Origin: Candidatus Thorarchaeota archaeon
Lineage (GTDB): Archaea > Asgardarchaeota > Thorarchaeia > Thorarchaeales > Thorarchaeaceae
Direction of reading: 5' to 3'
NCBI GenBank assembly: GCA_963726195.1
Contig: CAVSBO010000011.1
Location: forward strand, 1-58,178
DNA: 58,178 bases
Part shown: positions 28,881 to 37,827 of the stretch, one piece after another
Layout: each line of letters starts with the position of its first letter
Position numbering within the stretch: the stretch's first letter is position 1
The notes under the pieces: model-generated
What the model was told of the DNA's origin: nothing
The model's database searches: none
The model's input: only the letters and a program-made list of their open reading frames with translations
Position numbers and translations under genes: made by a program

Positions 28881-28928
28881 AACCGGTTGCCTCCCTAGTC
28901 GTGTCTGTCGAAGACAGTTCGGATGCTT

Positions 28929-29702
28929 TTAAACTCTCTTCGAACCGGCGACCTTCAGGGCTTTGATGATCTTGCTCAGACCGTCGCCTTTGTCCTTGAG
29001 GATATGGTCTTCAAGATATGTTCCCTGAACAATGATTGAAGCACCAGCCTCTACTGCTTTCACAACTGAGGCTTCATCATTGAATCCGCCGCCAGCTATG
29101 ACGGGAATCTGAACATATTGGCACACAGCCTTAATCATCTCAGGAGGCACTCCACCACCCTCCGCCCCGCTTCCGGCTTCGAGATATACAAGCTTGAAAC
29201 CAAGAAGCTCTGCAGCTAAAGCATACATGACCGGTATCTTTGGTTTATCACGTGGAAAGACCTTTGCATCTCCGACCCATGCGGCAGTCTTGCCGGGCGC
29301 AACAAGAAGATAGGCCATTGGTATTGTTTCGATCCCAAGCATCTTCACATTCGCTGCGCTCAACGCTTGAGCACCTATAATCCAGTATGGATTGGTACTG
29401 TTCAAGAGGCTCATGAAGAACATTGCATCCGCATTGCCAGATACACCATTAAGATTCCCAGGGAACAGAATCGTAGGAACTTCGGCCGCGTCGGATATCG
29501 CCTTCACCATCTCGTCAATGTTGCCAAGAACGGTGCTGCCTCCAAGCATTATCGCGTCCGTACCGGCCTTCTCGGCAAGAGTGGCCATTTCCACCATGGT
29601 CTCGGCTGGATTCTTCAGTGGGTCAGGATCCAGCAGAGAGAAATGGCATGCTCCTTCTTTCTCGAGTTTCTCGGTAATGTAGCTCCAGACTTTACCGGAC
29701 AT
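28929..29702 (-). CDS. Geranylgeranylglyceryl phosphate synthase
   Basis: LLDPD, MLGGS, LFPG, SLLNS, YLEAGSGA and GGG motifs. Confidence 0.93.
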   Translation of the reverse strand: MSGKVWSYITEKLEKEGACHFSLLDPDPLKNPAETMVEMATLAEKAGTDAIMLGGSTVLGNIDEMVKAISDAAEVPTILFPGNLNGVSGNADAMFFMSLLNSTNPYWIIGAQALSAANVKMLGIETIPMAYLLVAPGKTAAWVGDAKVFPRDKPKIPVMYALAAELLGFKLVYLEAGSGAEGGGVPPEMIKAVCQYVQIPVIAGGGFNDEASVVKAVEAGASIIVQGTYLEDHILKDKGDGLSKIIKALKVAGSKRV

Positions 29703-29745
29703 CTCTAGGCCTCCAAATTACAGCCGTCGAGGTTCTTTGTGCTTT

Positions 29746-30396
29746 TTATGGTTTTGGGCGTTCGACCTGCTTCCTCCGAACTCCGGGCAGGAACTTGTGC
29801 GTCCTCGATTTGTACTCCCTGTACTCATCTCCGAAGTGGGAGATCAGGAGCTCCTCCTCTGGAACCGTGGCAGAGGCGTATCCCTGAATTCCAACAAGAC
29901 TCACAAGAGTAACCACTGATGGCATCATCAGGAGAAGCCCAATGAAGGAGAGCATGTAAGCTGCATACGATGGATGTCTGATTCTGGAGTACGGACCCGT
30001 TTGAACCAGCCTGTGACCCGGACCCATGGCCCACGAAGAGGCCATGTTCCCTCTCGCAAGCCGGGACCACCCATGTAGCAGAATGCCGGAACAGAGAATC
30101 GTCAGCCCTGTCACCCAAATCGGAAAAGGTGAATCAACTATAGGGATTATCCAAAGAAGTACGGACTGAAACGGTGGAAATAGCCATGCAATAGAGATGA
30201 TGCAGACTAGCATGAAAGCTATGAATGTCGACAGTGTTATTGCACTCATCGCCGCTGTGGACACGGATTGTTCAGGTTGCTCAAAAGCCGGACTTTGGCG
30301 GCTTCTGACCTTCTTCAAGTCCAGAGTAATGTGAAGAATCACATCGACAAGAGCAAGTATCCCAACAATAGGGCCCGCGATACTCAGATCCAGCAC
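29746..30396 (-). CDS. Isoprenylcysteine carboxylmethyltransferase-family membrane protein
   Basis: LVQTGPYSRIRHPSY and EEELL..HFGDEY motifs. Confidence 0.88.
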   Translation of the reverse strand: MLDLSIAGPIVGILALVDVILHITLDLKKVRSRQSPAFEQPEQSVSTAAMSAITLSTFIAFMLVCIISIAWLFPPFQSVLLWIIPIVDSPFPIWVTGLTILCSGILLHGWSRLARGNMASSWAMGPGHRLVQTGPYSRIRHPSYAAYMLSFIGLLLMMPSVVTLVSLVGIQGYASATVPEEELLISHFGDEYREYKSRTHKFLPGVRRKQVERPKP

Positions 30397-30585
30397 TAGT
30401 GTGACGGCGGAGTTTTGACTCTATTTGTCTTCCGAATGCGAGAACTCTCAGAAGCCTCTCAAGTAAACGTTCGCCCATAATGCTAATAGGTTTGAATCGC
30501 GAGCTTACAACATCTGCGTCCAAAAATGAGTCAGTCAAGCAGGTCGCGATTGATGTGAATGGGCGCAGCATCCGAGGACCAATGA

Positions 30586-32547
30586 ATGCTCGAGCGACGT
30601 ATTGGTATCTTTCTTTGTCACTGCGGAAGCAACATTGCAGGAGTCGTAGACTTGCCCCGTCTCATGGATGCGGTCAAGACGATTGACGGAGTAGTGCATG
30701 TCGAAGACTACAAGTATGTCTGCTCGAGACCGGGTCAGCAAATCATCCAAGACGCAATCAAAGAGAAAAGACTCGATAGAATCGTGATTGGGTCTTGCTC
30801 GCCGCGAATGCACGAGGTTACCTTCAGGCAGACTATGAGAGATAGCGGTCTCAACCCTTTTCTGCTTGAAATCGCCAACCTGCGAGAGCAGTGTAGCTGG
30901 ATACACTCCAATGATCCCAGGGCTGCGACAGAGAAGGCTATCGACTTGGTTCGAATGGCAGTAGCCCGGGCCAAGCTTCTGGAAGCACTTGATGAGCCAG
31001 TCTTTGAAGTGAAGAAGGCCACGTTGATAATAGGCGGGGGCATCGCTGGAATATCAGCGGCGCTGGACCTCGCCAATGCCGGCTTCAAGGTCTATCTGGT
31101 TGAGAAAGAGCCAAGCATTGGCGGCAAGATGAGTAGATGGGACAAGACATTCCCTACTTTGGATTGTGCGTCCTGCATATTGACGCCCCGCATGGCCGAG
31201 GTCGGAGCACATCCAAACATAGAGATACTCACTCTTGCTCAAGTGGAGAAGGTGGAGGGCTTTGTTGGTAACTTCGAAGTGACGGTGCGTCAGAAGGCGC
31301 GCTACGTCGATGTGAAGAAATGCACATCGTGCGATGATTGCACCAAGGTGTGTCCAGTTGACGTCCCCGCAGAGTTCGATGCTAACCTAGCATACAGAAG
31401 GGCCATTTATATTCCATTTGCGCAGGCAGTCCCATCTGCGTATGTTCTAGACATGAAGAACTGCCTAGGAGTGGATACGATAAGGTGCGGCAAATGCAGA
31501 GAGAAGTGTGAGCCGGGCGCTATCAACTACGATGACCACGATAAATTACTAAAGCTTCAGACGGGCACAATCATAGTCGCGACAGGGTTCGAGGTTTTCG
31601 ATGCCACAAAAAAGGAAGAGTACGGATACGGCGAGTTTCCAAACGTCGTAAATCTCGCAGAGGTTGAGCGAATGCTCAGTGCTGCAGGTCCCACCCAAGG
31701 TCACGTCGTTAGACCTTCTGATCTGAAGGAGCCAAGAAGAATAGTCTACATCCAATGCGTCGGAAGCAGGGACGAGCGCACCAACAGGTACTGCTCCAGA
31801 ATCTGCTGCATGACTGCGATAAAGCAGGCGAGGATGCTCAGAGACAAGACGGGAGCAGAAATCTTTCTCTTTTACATAGACCTGAGGACATTCGGAAAGG
31901 GCTACGAGGAATTTTATGAGTCGACTGCAGCTGCTGGAGTGACCTTCATCCGTGGACGAGTCGGAGAGATATTCCAGGACGATACAACCATGAATCTGAC
32001 CGTGAGAGGTGAGGACACGCTACTGGGAAAACCAATGCAACTCGACGATGTCAACCTCGTGGTTCTCTCAACCGGCGTTGTGCCGCCTGCCTCAGCAAAA
32101 GACCTCGCGCGAATCCTGAACCTGAGCCAGTCATCAGACGGATTTCTGCTTGAGGCCCACCCGAAGCTCAGACCCGTTGATTCCTTCACTGATGGAATAT
32201 TCGTTGCCGGAATGGCTCAAGGTCCAAAGGATATCCCTGACACCGTAGCACAAGCGAAGGCTGCCTCCTCCGGTGCCATGGCATTGATGGGCAAAGGCAG
32301 AATCACTGTCGAGCCCTACTACTCCGTTGTCGACGAGGACAGATGTTCGGGCTGTCGTCTCTGCGTTGCTTTGTGTCCCTACAATGCAATCACGATTGAA
32401 AAGAACGGGCGAGCACATGTCAACCCCGCAACGTGCCGGGGCTGCGGTACCTGCTCGTCCGCTTGTGCCATTTCTGCCATCACATCGCAGCACTACACAG
32501 ACGGTCAGATTGCCGCAATGATTGGCGAGTACCTTTCTGCCCGGTAG
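30586..32547 (+). CDS. hdrA: Heterodisulfide reductase subunit A
   Basis: CHCGSNI, CSPRMHE, NLREQCSW, GGGIAG, DKTFPTLDCASC, QCVGSRD..YCSRICC and ferredoxin motifs. Confidence 0.96.
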   Translation: MLERRIGIFLCHCGSNIAGVVDLPRLMDAVKTIDGVVHVEDYKYVCSRPGQQIIQDAIKEKRLDRIVIGSCSPRMHEVTFRQTMRDSGLNPFLLEIANLREQCSWIHSNDPRAATEKAIDLVRMAVARAKLLEALDEPVFEVKKATLIIGGGIAGISAALDLANAGFKVYLVEKEPSIGGKMSRWDKTFPTLDCASCILTPRMAEVGAHPNIEILTLAQVEKVEGFVGNFEVTVRQKARYVDVKKCTSCDDCTKVCPVDVPAEFDANLAYRRAIYIPFAQAVPSAYVLDMKNCLGVDTIRCGKCREKCEPGAINYDDHDKLLKLQTGTIIVATGFEVFDATKKEEYGYGEFPNVVNLAEVERMLSAAGPTQGHVVRPSDLKEPRRIVYIQCVGSRDERTNRYCSRICCMTAIKQARMLRDKTGAEIFLFYIDLRTFGKGYEEFYESTAAAGVTFIRGRVGEIFQDDTTMNLTVRGEDTLLGKPMQLDDVNLVVLSTGVVPPASAKDLARILNLSQSSDGFLLEAHPKLRPVDSFTDGIFVAGMAQGPKDIPDTVAQAKAASSGAMALMGKGRITVEPYYSVVDEDRCSGCRLCVALCPYNAITIEKNGRAHVNPATCRGCGTCSSACAISAITSQHYTDGQIAAMIGEYLSAR

Positions 32548-32673
32548 CATAGTAATCAAACGCATTGGCAATTCGCATCCTGACCGACACGCGAGTCTTG
32601 CCAGATTATGATTTATCAGTCAGCTATATGAGAGAAGTCCTGCGTGAAAGAGCCAGTGCTGGGGACAAACTGA

Positions 32674-33321
32674 ATGAAGAATCCCGACCTGACCGTAGCT
32701 GTACTTGCTGGCGGCAACTCGGAGCGCTTCAAGTCTGACAAAGCCCTCGCGATGTTTCGAGGCCGTCCAATGCTTGTGCATATGATTGGAATCGCTAGGC
32801 GGTTCTCATCTCAGACGATAGTTGTAGTTTCAAACGATGAGCAGGCAGAGAGCTTCAAGAAGGTAGTTGGCGAGACTGAAGTTGCAGTGGACCCCGATGA
32901 CGCCGTCAGATGCGCCTTGACCGGTGCCGTGACCGCCTTCGAGTTCTGCAAGTCTCGGTACATGCTGCTGCTGCCAGTTGATACACCTCTGGTCAAAGTC
33001 GAGATGTTGCAGATACTCGTGGATCTCCGGGCAGGGCATGGAGCAGTTGTTCCGTCATGGCCTTCTGGAAACGTCGAACCACTTCACTCCGTGTATTTAT
33101 CGGAACACGCGTATGCTCAGGGTCTCAAGGCACTCGAGCAGGGAAAACGGAGGATGCAGGATTTGCTTGATCAACTACATAATGTTCTGTATGTTTCCAC
33201 ACTAGTACTCGAGAAGTATGATTCAGAGTTGAAGACCTTCGTCAACTTCAACACCGAAGAAGAACTCCGTCGTCTAGAGAAGGAAAAGAGATTGCCCAGC
33301 CAAGGAAATCAGCCGAACTAG
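32674..33321 (+). CDS. mobA: Molybdenum cofactor guanylyltransferase
   Basis: VLAGG.SERF.SDKA, PVDTP, EPLHSVY and FVNFNT motifs. Confidence 0.9.
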   Translation: MKNPDLTVAVLAGGNSERFKSDKALAMFRGRPMLVHMIGIARRFSSQTIVVVSNDEQAESFKKVVGETEVAVDPDDAVRCALTGAVTAFEFCKSRYMLLLPVDTPLVKVEMLQILVDLRAGHGAVVPSWPSGNVEPLHSVYLSEHAYAQGLKALEQGKRRMQDLLDQLHNVLYVSTLVLEKYDSELKTFVNFNTEEELRRLEKEKRLPSQGNQPN

Positions 33322-33347
33322 CTAGCGCGAATCAATCCTTTTCTTGA

Positions 33348-34429
33348 CTACAGGCTTCGATTCTCATGGCGAATCCTGCAAGTGCCTTCATGTCCAACCA
33401 TACAGGGACCGTAGGGGTCGTCAGGGACACATCGCTTTCCGAACAGCGGGCAGTCAACAGGGTCGATCATACCCAAGACAACTTTGTGGCACATGCATCC
33501 GGGCAGAATATCAACAGAGTTCATCTTGGGAACATCAAACCTCTGTCGGGAATCGTGCTCTGCAAACTTTCCTCGAAGATAGTAAGCTGAATTCTTGATG
33601 ACGCCCAATCCCCTCCAAGGTCCGTCTGCGATATGAAAGGCCTGTCGAATCGCTTGTTGGGCACGTGTGTTGCCTTCTGGACGAACGACACGACTGTATT
33701 CGTTCTCGGATTCAGCTCTGTCATCCAAGATCTGCTTCAGTAACATGCGTATAGACTCAAGCACATCAAGCGGCTCAAATCCGGCTGCTACACACGGCAC
33801 ATGATATTTCTTGGCTAATGGCTTGAATGCGTTCGTTCCGATTATCGTTGAGACATGTCCCGGCGTTATGAAACCGTCAACGGGCGGCCCCTCAATCGTT
33901 AGAAGAAGTCTCCATGGCTGGAGGAATCGCTTTGAGAGAAGTAAGCATGGAGAAGTTGCTGGGAGGACCCCTGAGTATCTCTACAGCCAACGTTGGAGCT
34001 GTAGTCTCGAACCCCACTCCAACGAAGACTACTTCTCTTGTCGGATTGTTATGTGCAATCTCCACCGCCTCATTGACGCCGTATACTATGCGAACATCAG
34101 ACTCCCTGCGCCCGCTCCTTCGCGAGACTGGAGGATGTTGAAGGCACGTTCACCATGTCTCCGAACGTGGTGACAAGGTGGCCCTGCCTGGCCAGTTCGA
34201 TTGCTGTATCGACATCCTCAGCCGCACAGACGCACACGGGGCAGCCGGGACCGGCGACCAGCTTTATGTTGTCTGGCAAAAGCGTGCGAAGTCCGTGGCG
34301 GCTTATTGTGTCCTCGTGGGTGCCGCAGACATGAACAATCCTGACCCGCCTACCTTCGCTCAAGTGCCGTATTTCGCGCAAGATTGCCTCTGCGTATCTA
34401 GAATCTCTGAACTCCGACTGAGAAATCAT
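33348..34429 (-). CDS. hypD: [NiFe]-hydrogenase maturation protein HypD (two frameshifts, ~34100 and ~33910)
   Basis: HVCGTHE, GPGCPVC, GFETT, PGHVS and GPCMVGHEGTC motifs spread over three frames. Confidence 0.92.
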
Positions 34430-34495
34430 GAGGGTCTAGAGCTCGAGCTGGCTGCGCATTCATAAACCTTGCATACGTGCACGAATTGGAGTTGG

Positions 34496-34849
34496 TCACT
34501 TGCTCTGTTGTGCATCGTGGAGCAGGACCAATGCCTCACCAACGGAAATCGAGAGCATGCAAGCAAGCTGTCTCGCAGTTATGTTCGGATCGTTTGGAAG
34601 CACCTTTTCACGAGCATACCCAATCCATCCAGAATACAGGGGGTTTCTCTTGGTGGCCTCGACGAGATATGGCCACAAGGGATCCTTCCAGCAGTCTTTG
34701 CCATCGATGTCAGTAAAACGAGTAGAGGGACTCGGGGTCCTTTTGCCCCTCGGGCTTGCTTGAGTATTGGAGTCAGATGCAACCCCATGGTCTGTGAGCC
34801 GAGCCTGCTTCACTTCTGCATCCCTTCTTATTCGCTTCCCGGCGATCAC
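34496..34849 (-). CDS. Hypothetical protein with C-terminal HTH-like segment
   Basis: DPLWPYL...PNITARQLACMLSISVGEALVLL. Start uncertain. Confidence 0.5.
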   Translation of the reverse strand: MIAGKRIRRDAEVKQARLTDHGVASDSNTQASPRGKRTPSPSTRFTDIDGKDCWKDPLWPYLVEATKRNPLYSGWIGYAREKVLPNDPNITARQLACMLSISVGEALVLLHDAQQSK

Positions 34850-35034
34850 CTCTGAGTGAGGCAGATGTACTTGGACTGTTTTGCATTATAAGTGTTCGGG
34901 AAGAAAAAGAGCAGAATCACGAAGGGCGCCTTGCCAAAGGCAAGCTCACTTGGTCGAGTCACTAACACTCAGACTATACAACGTCTCTTGTTTTTTATCC
35001 ACGAAGACCTTATCGAAACGCAAGGAGCTTTCAT

Positions 35035-35676
35035 TTATCGCACTGGCCGATGAACACCGAGCTCTTCCAACAGTCTCTTGCTCTCTTCCTCGATCTTCTT
35101 CTCGACAAGAGCATAGAGATCCTGTTCAAACACCGGAGGGATTATCTTCACGACGCTACACAATCTGTCAACAATTCGTTCTGCCAGCTCACGAGGCGAC
35201 ACTACACTGCCTTTGACTATGCTTCTCACGACCTCCTCGTTCACGCTGGTTCGGACAATCGAGTTTAGGACATTAGCTATCGTGCCATCAGGATCGACAT
35301 AGAATGGTAACTGTCCTTTGTCACGAAGTATCATGAAACCGAGCTTGTCGACAATGCTCTCAGTGTACCACTCGAGAGATGTTTCTTTCATTCGCAGTTT
35401 CGCTGCGAACTCGGTCTTGGTGAGCGGATTTGGGTGACTCCACGGATGGCGTGTGACGATATAGAGAGCAGCCCCATACAAGGGCTCGGGTTCATGTGCT
35501 ACTCCCTCCTTGGAAACATATCTTCTCAGCACGTCGAGCGCGACTAGTTCATATCGTTCGTCGACTTTGTTTTCGTTATAGAAACCGTGTGCTTCTCTTA
35601 CCTGGTTAACAACTACCTGAGGACTAACCATCAGGCTCTCGTTCTTGCTCTCCAGCATGAAGCACGCGTCTCCCAA
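35035..35676 (-). CDS. Hypothetical protein with one TFIIB/cyclin-like repeat
   Basis: LYGAALYIVTR...PLTKTEFAAKLRMKETSL...IVDKLG resembles the TFB C-terminal repeat. Confidence 0.6.
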   Translation of the reverse strand: MGDACFMLESKNESLMVSPQVVVNQVREAHGFYNENKVDERYELVALDVLRRYVSKEGVAHEPEPLYGAALYIVTRHPWSHPNPLTKTEFAAKLRMKETSLEWYTESIVDKLGFMILRDKGQLPFYVDPDGTIANVLNSIVRTSVNEEVVRSIVKGSVVSPRELAERIVDRLCSVVKIIPPVFEQDLYALVEKKIEEESKRLLEELGVHRPVR

Positions 35677-35775
35677 GAGCTAGTGGACCTTGCTGGTCAG
35701 GGGCTGGGCATTAACTGGGTTATATTGCTTTTGCACGGGAAACAGAGGCGTGGACAATGGGCGCGCTTCAGGTCT

Positions 35776-36356
35776 TCATCTTGCCCGGTATGTCTTCTCA
35801 AGGGCCCACCTAAGAGCACGCTCGATTTCTGCCAGACGGCTCTCGCCACCATAGTTCTTGACAACCACATCCTGCAGAATCCCGTCTTCAGCCCGCACCT
35901 CGAAATCAAACGCATCGTCCCATTCGATTTCTTCGTTCTCGACCCTGTGTCTGTCCTCCTGCTGAAACAAACCCAAGATCCTTTCCACGAAGAATCGGGC
36001 AAATGCTCCCCTCTTGATGTCATATAATGCGTGAGGAGCTGGCACTATCCTGAGATCACGGTCTTGGATTTCTATCGTGGCCAGTTCTAAGTCTCGAGCC
36101 TTATTCATTATCAACATTGACCGAGGCTGTTCGGTTGCTGTTGGGGCAGCAGCTGCCGGACCCTTCGCCATGGGCCGGGGCATTTCAGCCGGCTTGCCAA
36201 GAGCAGTATCCGCCGTCGCAAAGCTGGTAGTGCCGATTGATGTATCGAGTGCTTGTATGAATGCCTCCAGCTTTTCGATTCTTTCTCTTAGCCTCTCAAC
36301 TTCTTCATCGAGCTCTTTCTAAGATCGAGCAGTGTTCGTATCCTCGGGTCTTCCAA
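35776..36356 (-). CDS. Hypothetical protein with N-terminal coiled coil (frameshift ~36320)
   Basis: LEDPRIRTLLDLRK and ELDEEVERLRERIEKLE join the ORF at 35776-36183. Confidence 0.6.
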
Positions 36357-36433
36357 CTCTTACACCATCAGCCTTGACCAAGCGGCTTTTTCATTTCTGT
36401 TCGACGGTATATCTTCTTGTGTATTATTGAACG

Positions 36434-37744
36434 CCGTTGTCCGAAACTTACCCATTTAGGACATCATCCCAAACAGTGTTCGGTTCCTGCTTCATCGTGG
36501 AACACCTGCCTCTCTTAGGGGCATGGACCTCTCCACTCTTGCAGGCGTTTTGAGTCTCCGCCCAACTGGCGGCGACTGAAGCCAGATTAATTGCAGCGTT
36601 CAGGTCGCGGTCGGCCTCGGAGCCACAACTCTCGCACTTGTAAGTTCTCTCAGAAAGCGGTATCTCGTCCTTGATTGCTCCACAGCAGGAACATCGTTTC
36701 GTGGACGGGAAGAACGGGTCAGCCTCCACGACTGTGCTTCCACTCCAAGCCGTCTTGTACTTCAACTGGCGAAGGAACTCTCCCATGCTTGCATCTGCGA
36801 GATGCTTTGCGAGGTGATGGTTCTTCAATAGCCGCACCATATTGAGGCTTTCCACACCGATGACAGACTTGGTTCTCGCCAGCACCGTTGTTGCCTTATG
36901 GATAGCGTCTCTGCGGATGTTCGCAATCCTGAGTTCGAACTGGGCCAGCCGTATCACGGCCTTGGCACGGTTGTTGCTTCCCTTCACTTTCCTAGCAAGA
37001 GACCTCTGGATTCTCTTTTTCTTCAGCTCCAGGCGTGAAAGAGGTTTCGGATTTGCAATGAGAGTGCCGTCACTGACTGTGGCGAGATTCGAGATACCTA
37101 CGTCAACCCCTACAACAGGTCCAGTATTGTTCCTGACCTCGATCTCTTCCTCTACATGAAGGCTCACGAACCATTTTCCCGCCCTTTCTGAAATAGTCAC
37201 CGAAAGCACATGGGCTCTCTCAATTGGGAGATAGCCTCTTTCTTTCAGACGAACGATGCCGATTCGGGGCAATTGCACAGAGTCCTTGAAAACCCTGGTT
37301 GTTCCTGTGAGCCTAAAACTGCCTGCGCCGAGCTTTCTGTGCTTGAACTTCGGGTACTTTGCTCGCCCCTCGAAGAAGTTCTTGTACGCCCTGTCGAGAT
37401 CTCGGAGGGCCTCTTGCGGGGCGCATTTGGAGACCTCGTACATCCACGGGAACTCTGTCTTCTTCAGAGCGTTCAACTGTCTGTGCAGCTCCATAGCGTT
37501 CGATGAAGTTCCTGTCTTGCCGTATTCCTCAGTTCGCCGAGCGAGCCCCCAGTTGTACGCGAACCTCGCTGTCCCAGCGTGCTTGAGCATGATCGAACGC
37601 TGGGCGTTGTTGGGTTCCAGCTCTGTTCTATAGGCACGCGTGATTTTCGTGTTCTCAGGACCTCGGTCGGCCATTCAGCCCAGTCAGTCACCTGTCTATA
37701 TGTGGCGTCAGTTGATATTAAATCCACCAACTGTTCGGAACCCC
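36434..37744 (-). mobile_element. tnpB-only element (IS607/IS1341-like)
   Basis: Contains tnpB and no tnpA. The right end reads GGGTAAGTTTCGGACAACGG on the minus strand; left end approximate. Confidence 0.65.
36448..37674 (-). CDS. tnpB: TnpB RNA-guided endonuclease with intact RuvC triad
   Basis: RAYRTELEP..ARFAYNWGL, VGVDVG (D), GVESL (E), zinc finger and DRDLNAAINL (D). Confidence 0.95.
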   Translation of the reverse strand: MADRGPENTKITRAYRTELEPNNAQRSIMLKHAGTARFAYNWGLARRTEEYGKTGTSSNAMELHRQLNALKKTEFPWMYEVSKCAPQEALRDLDRAYKNFFEGRAKYPKFKHRKLGAGSFRLTGTTRVFKDSVQLPRIGIVRLKERGYLPIERAHVLSVTISERAGKWFVSLHVEEEIEVRNNTGPVVGVDVGISNLATVSDGTLIANPKPLSRLELKKKRIQRSLARKVKGSNNRAKAVIRLAQFELRIANIRRDAIHKATTVLARTKSVIGVESLNMVRLLKNHHLAKHLADASMGEFLRQLKYKTAWSGSTVVEADPFFPSTKRCSCCGAIKDEIPLSERTYKCESCGSEADRDLNAAINLASVAASWAETQNACKSGEVHAPKRGRCSTMKQEPNTVWDDVLNG

Positions 37745-37827
37745 GCAATTGCGTGTTTGAGAGGGGACAACAAAACTCGCTACAAAAAGGGAAGCAGTCC
37801 GGCGAATGCCGCCGGACCTGTGTCATT

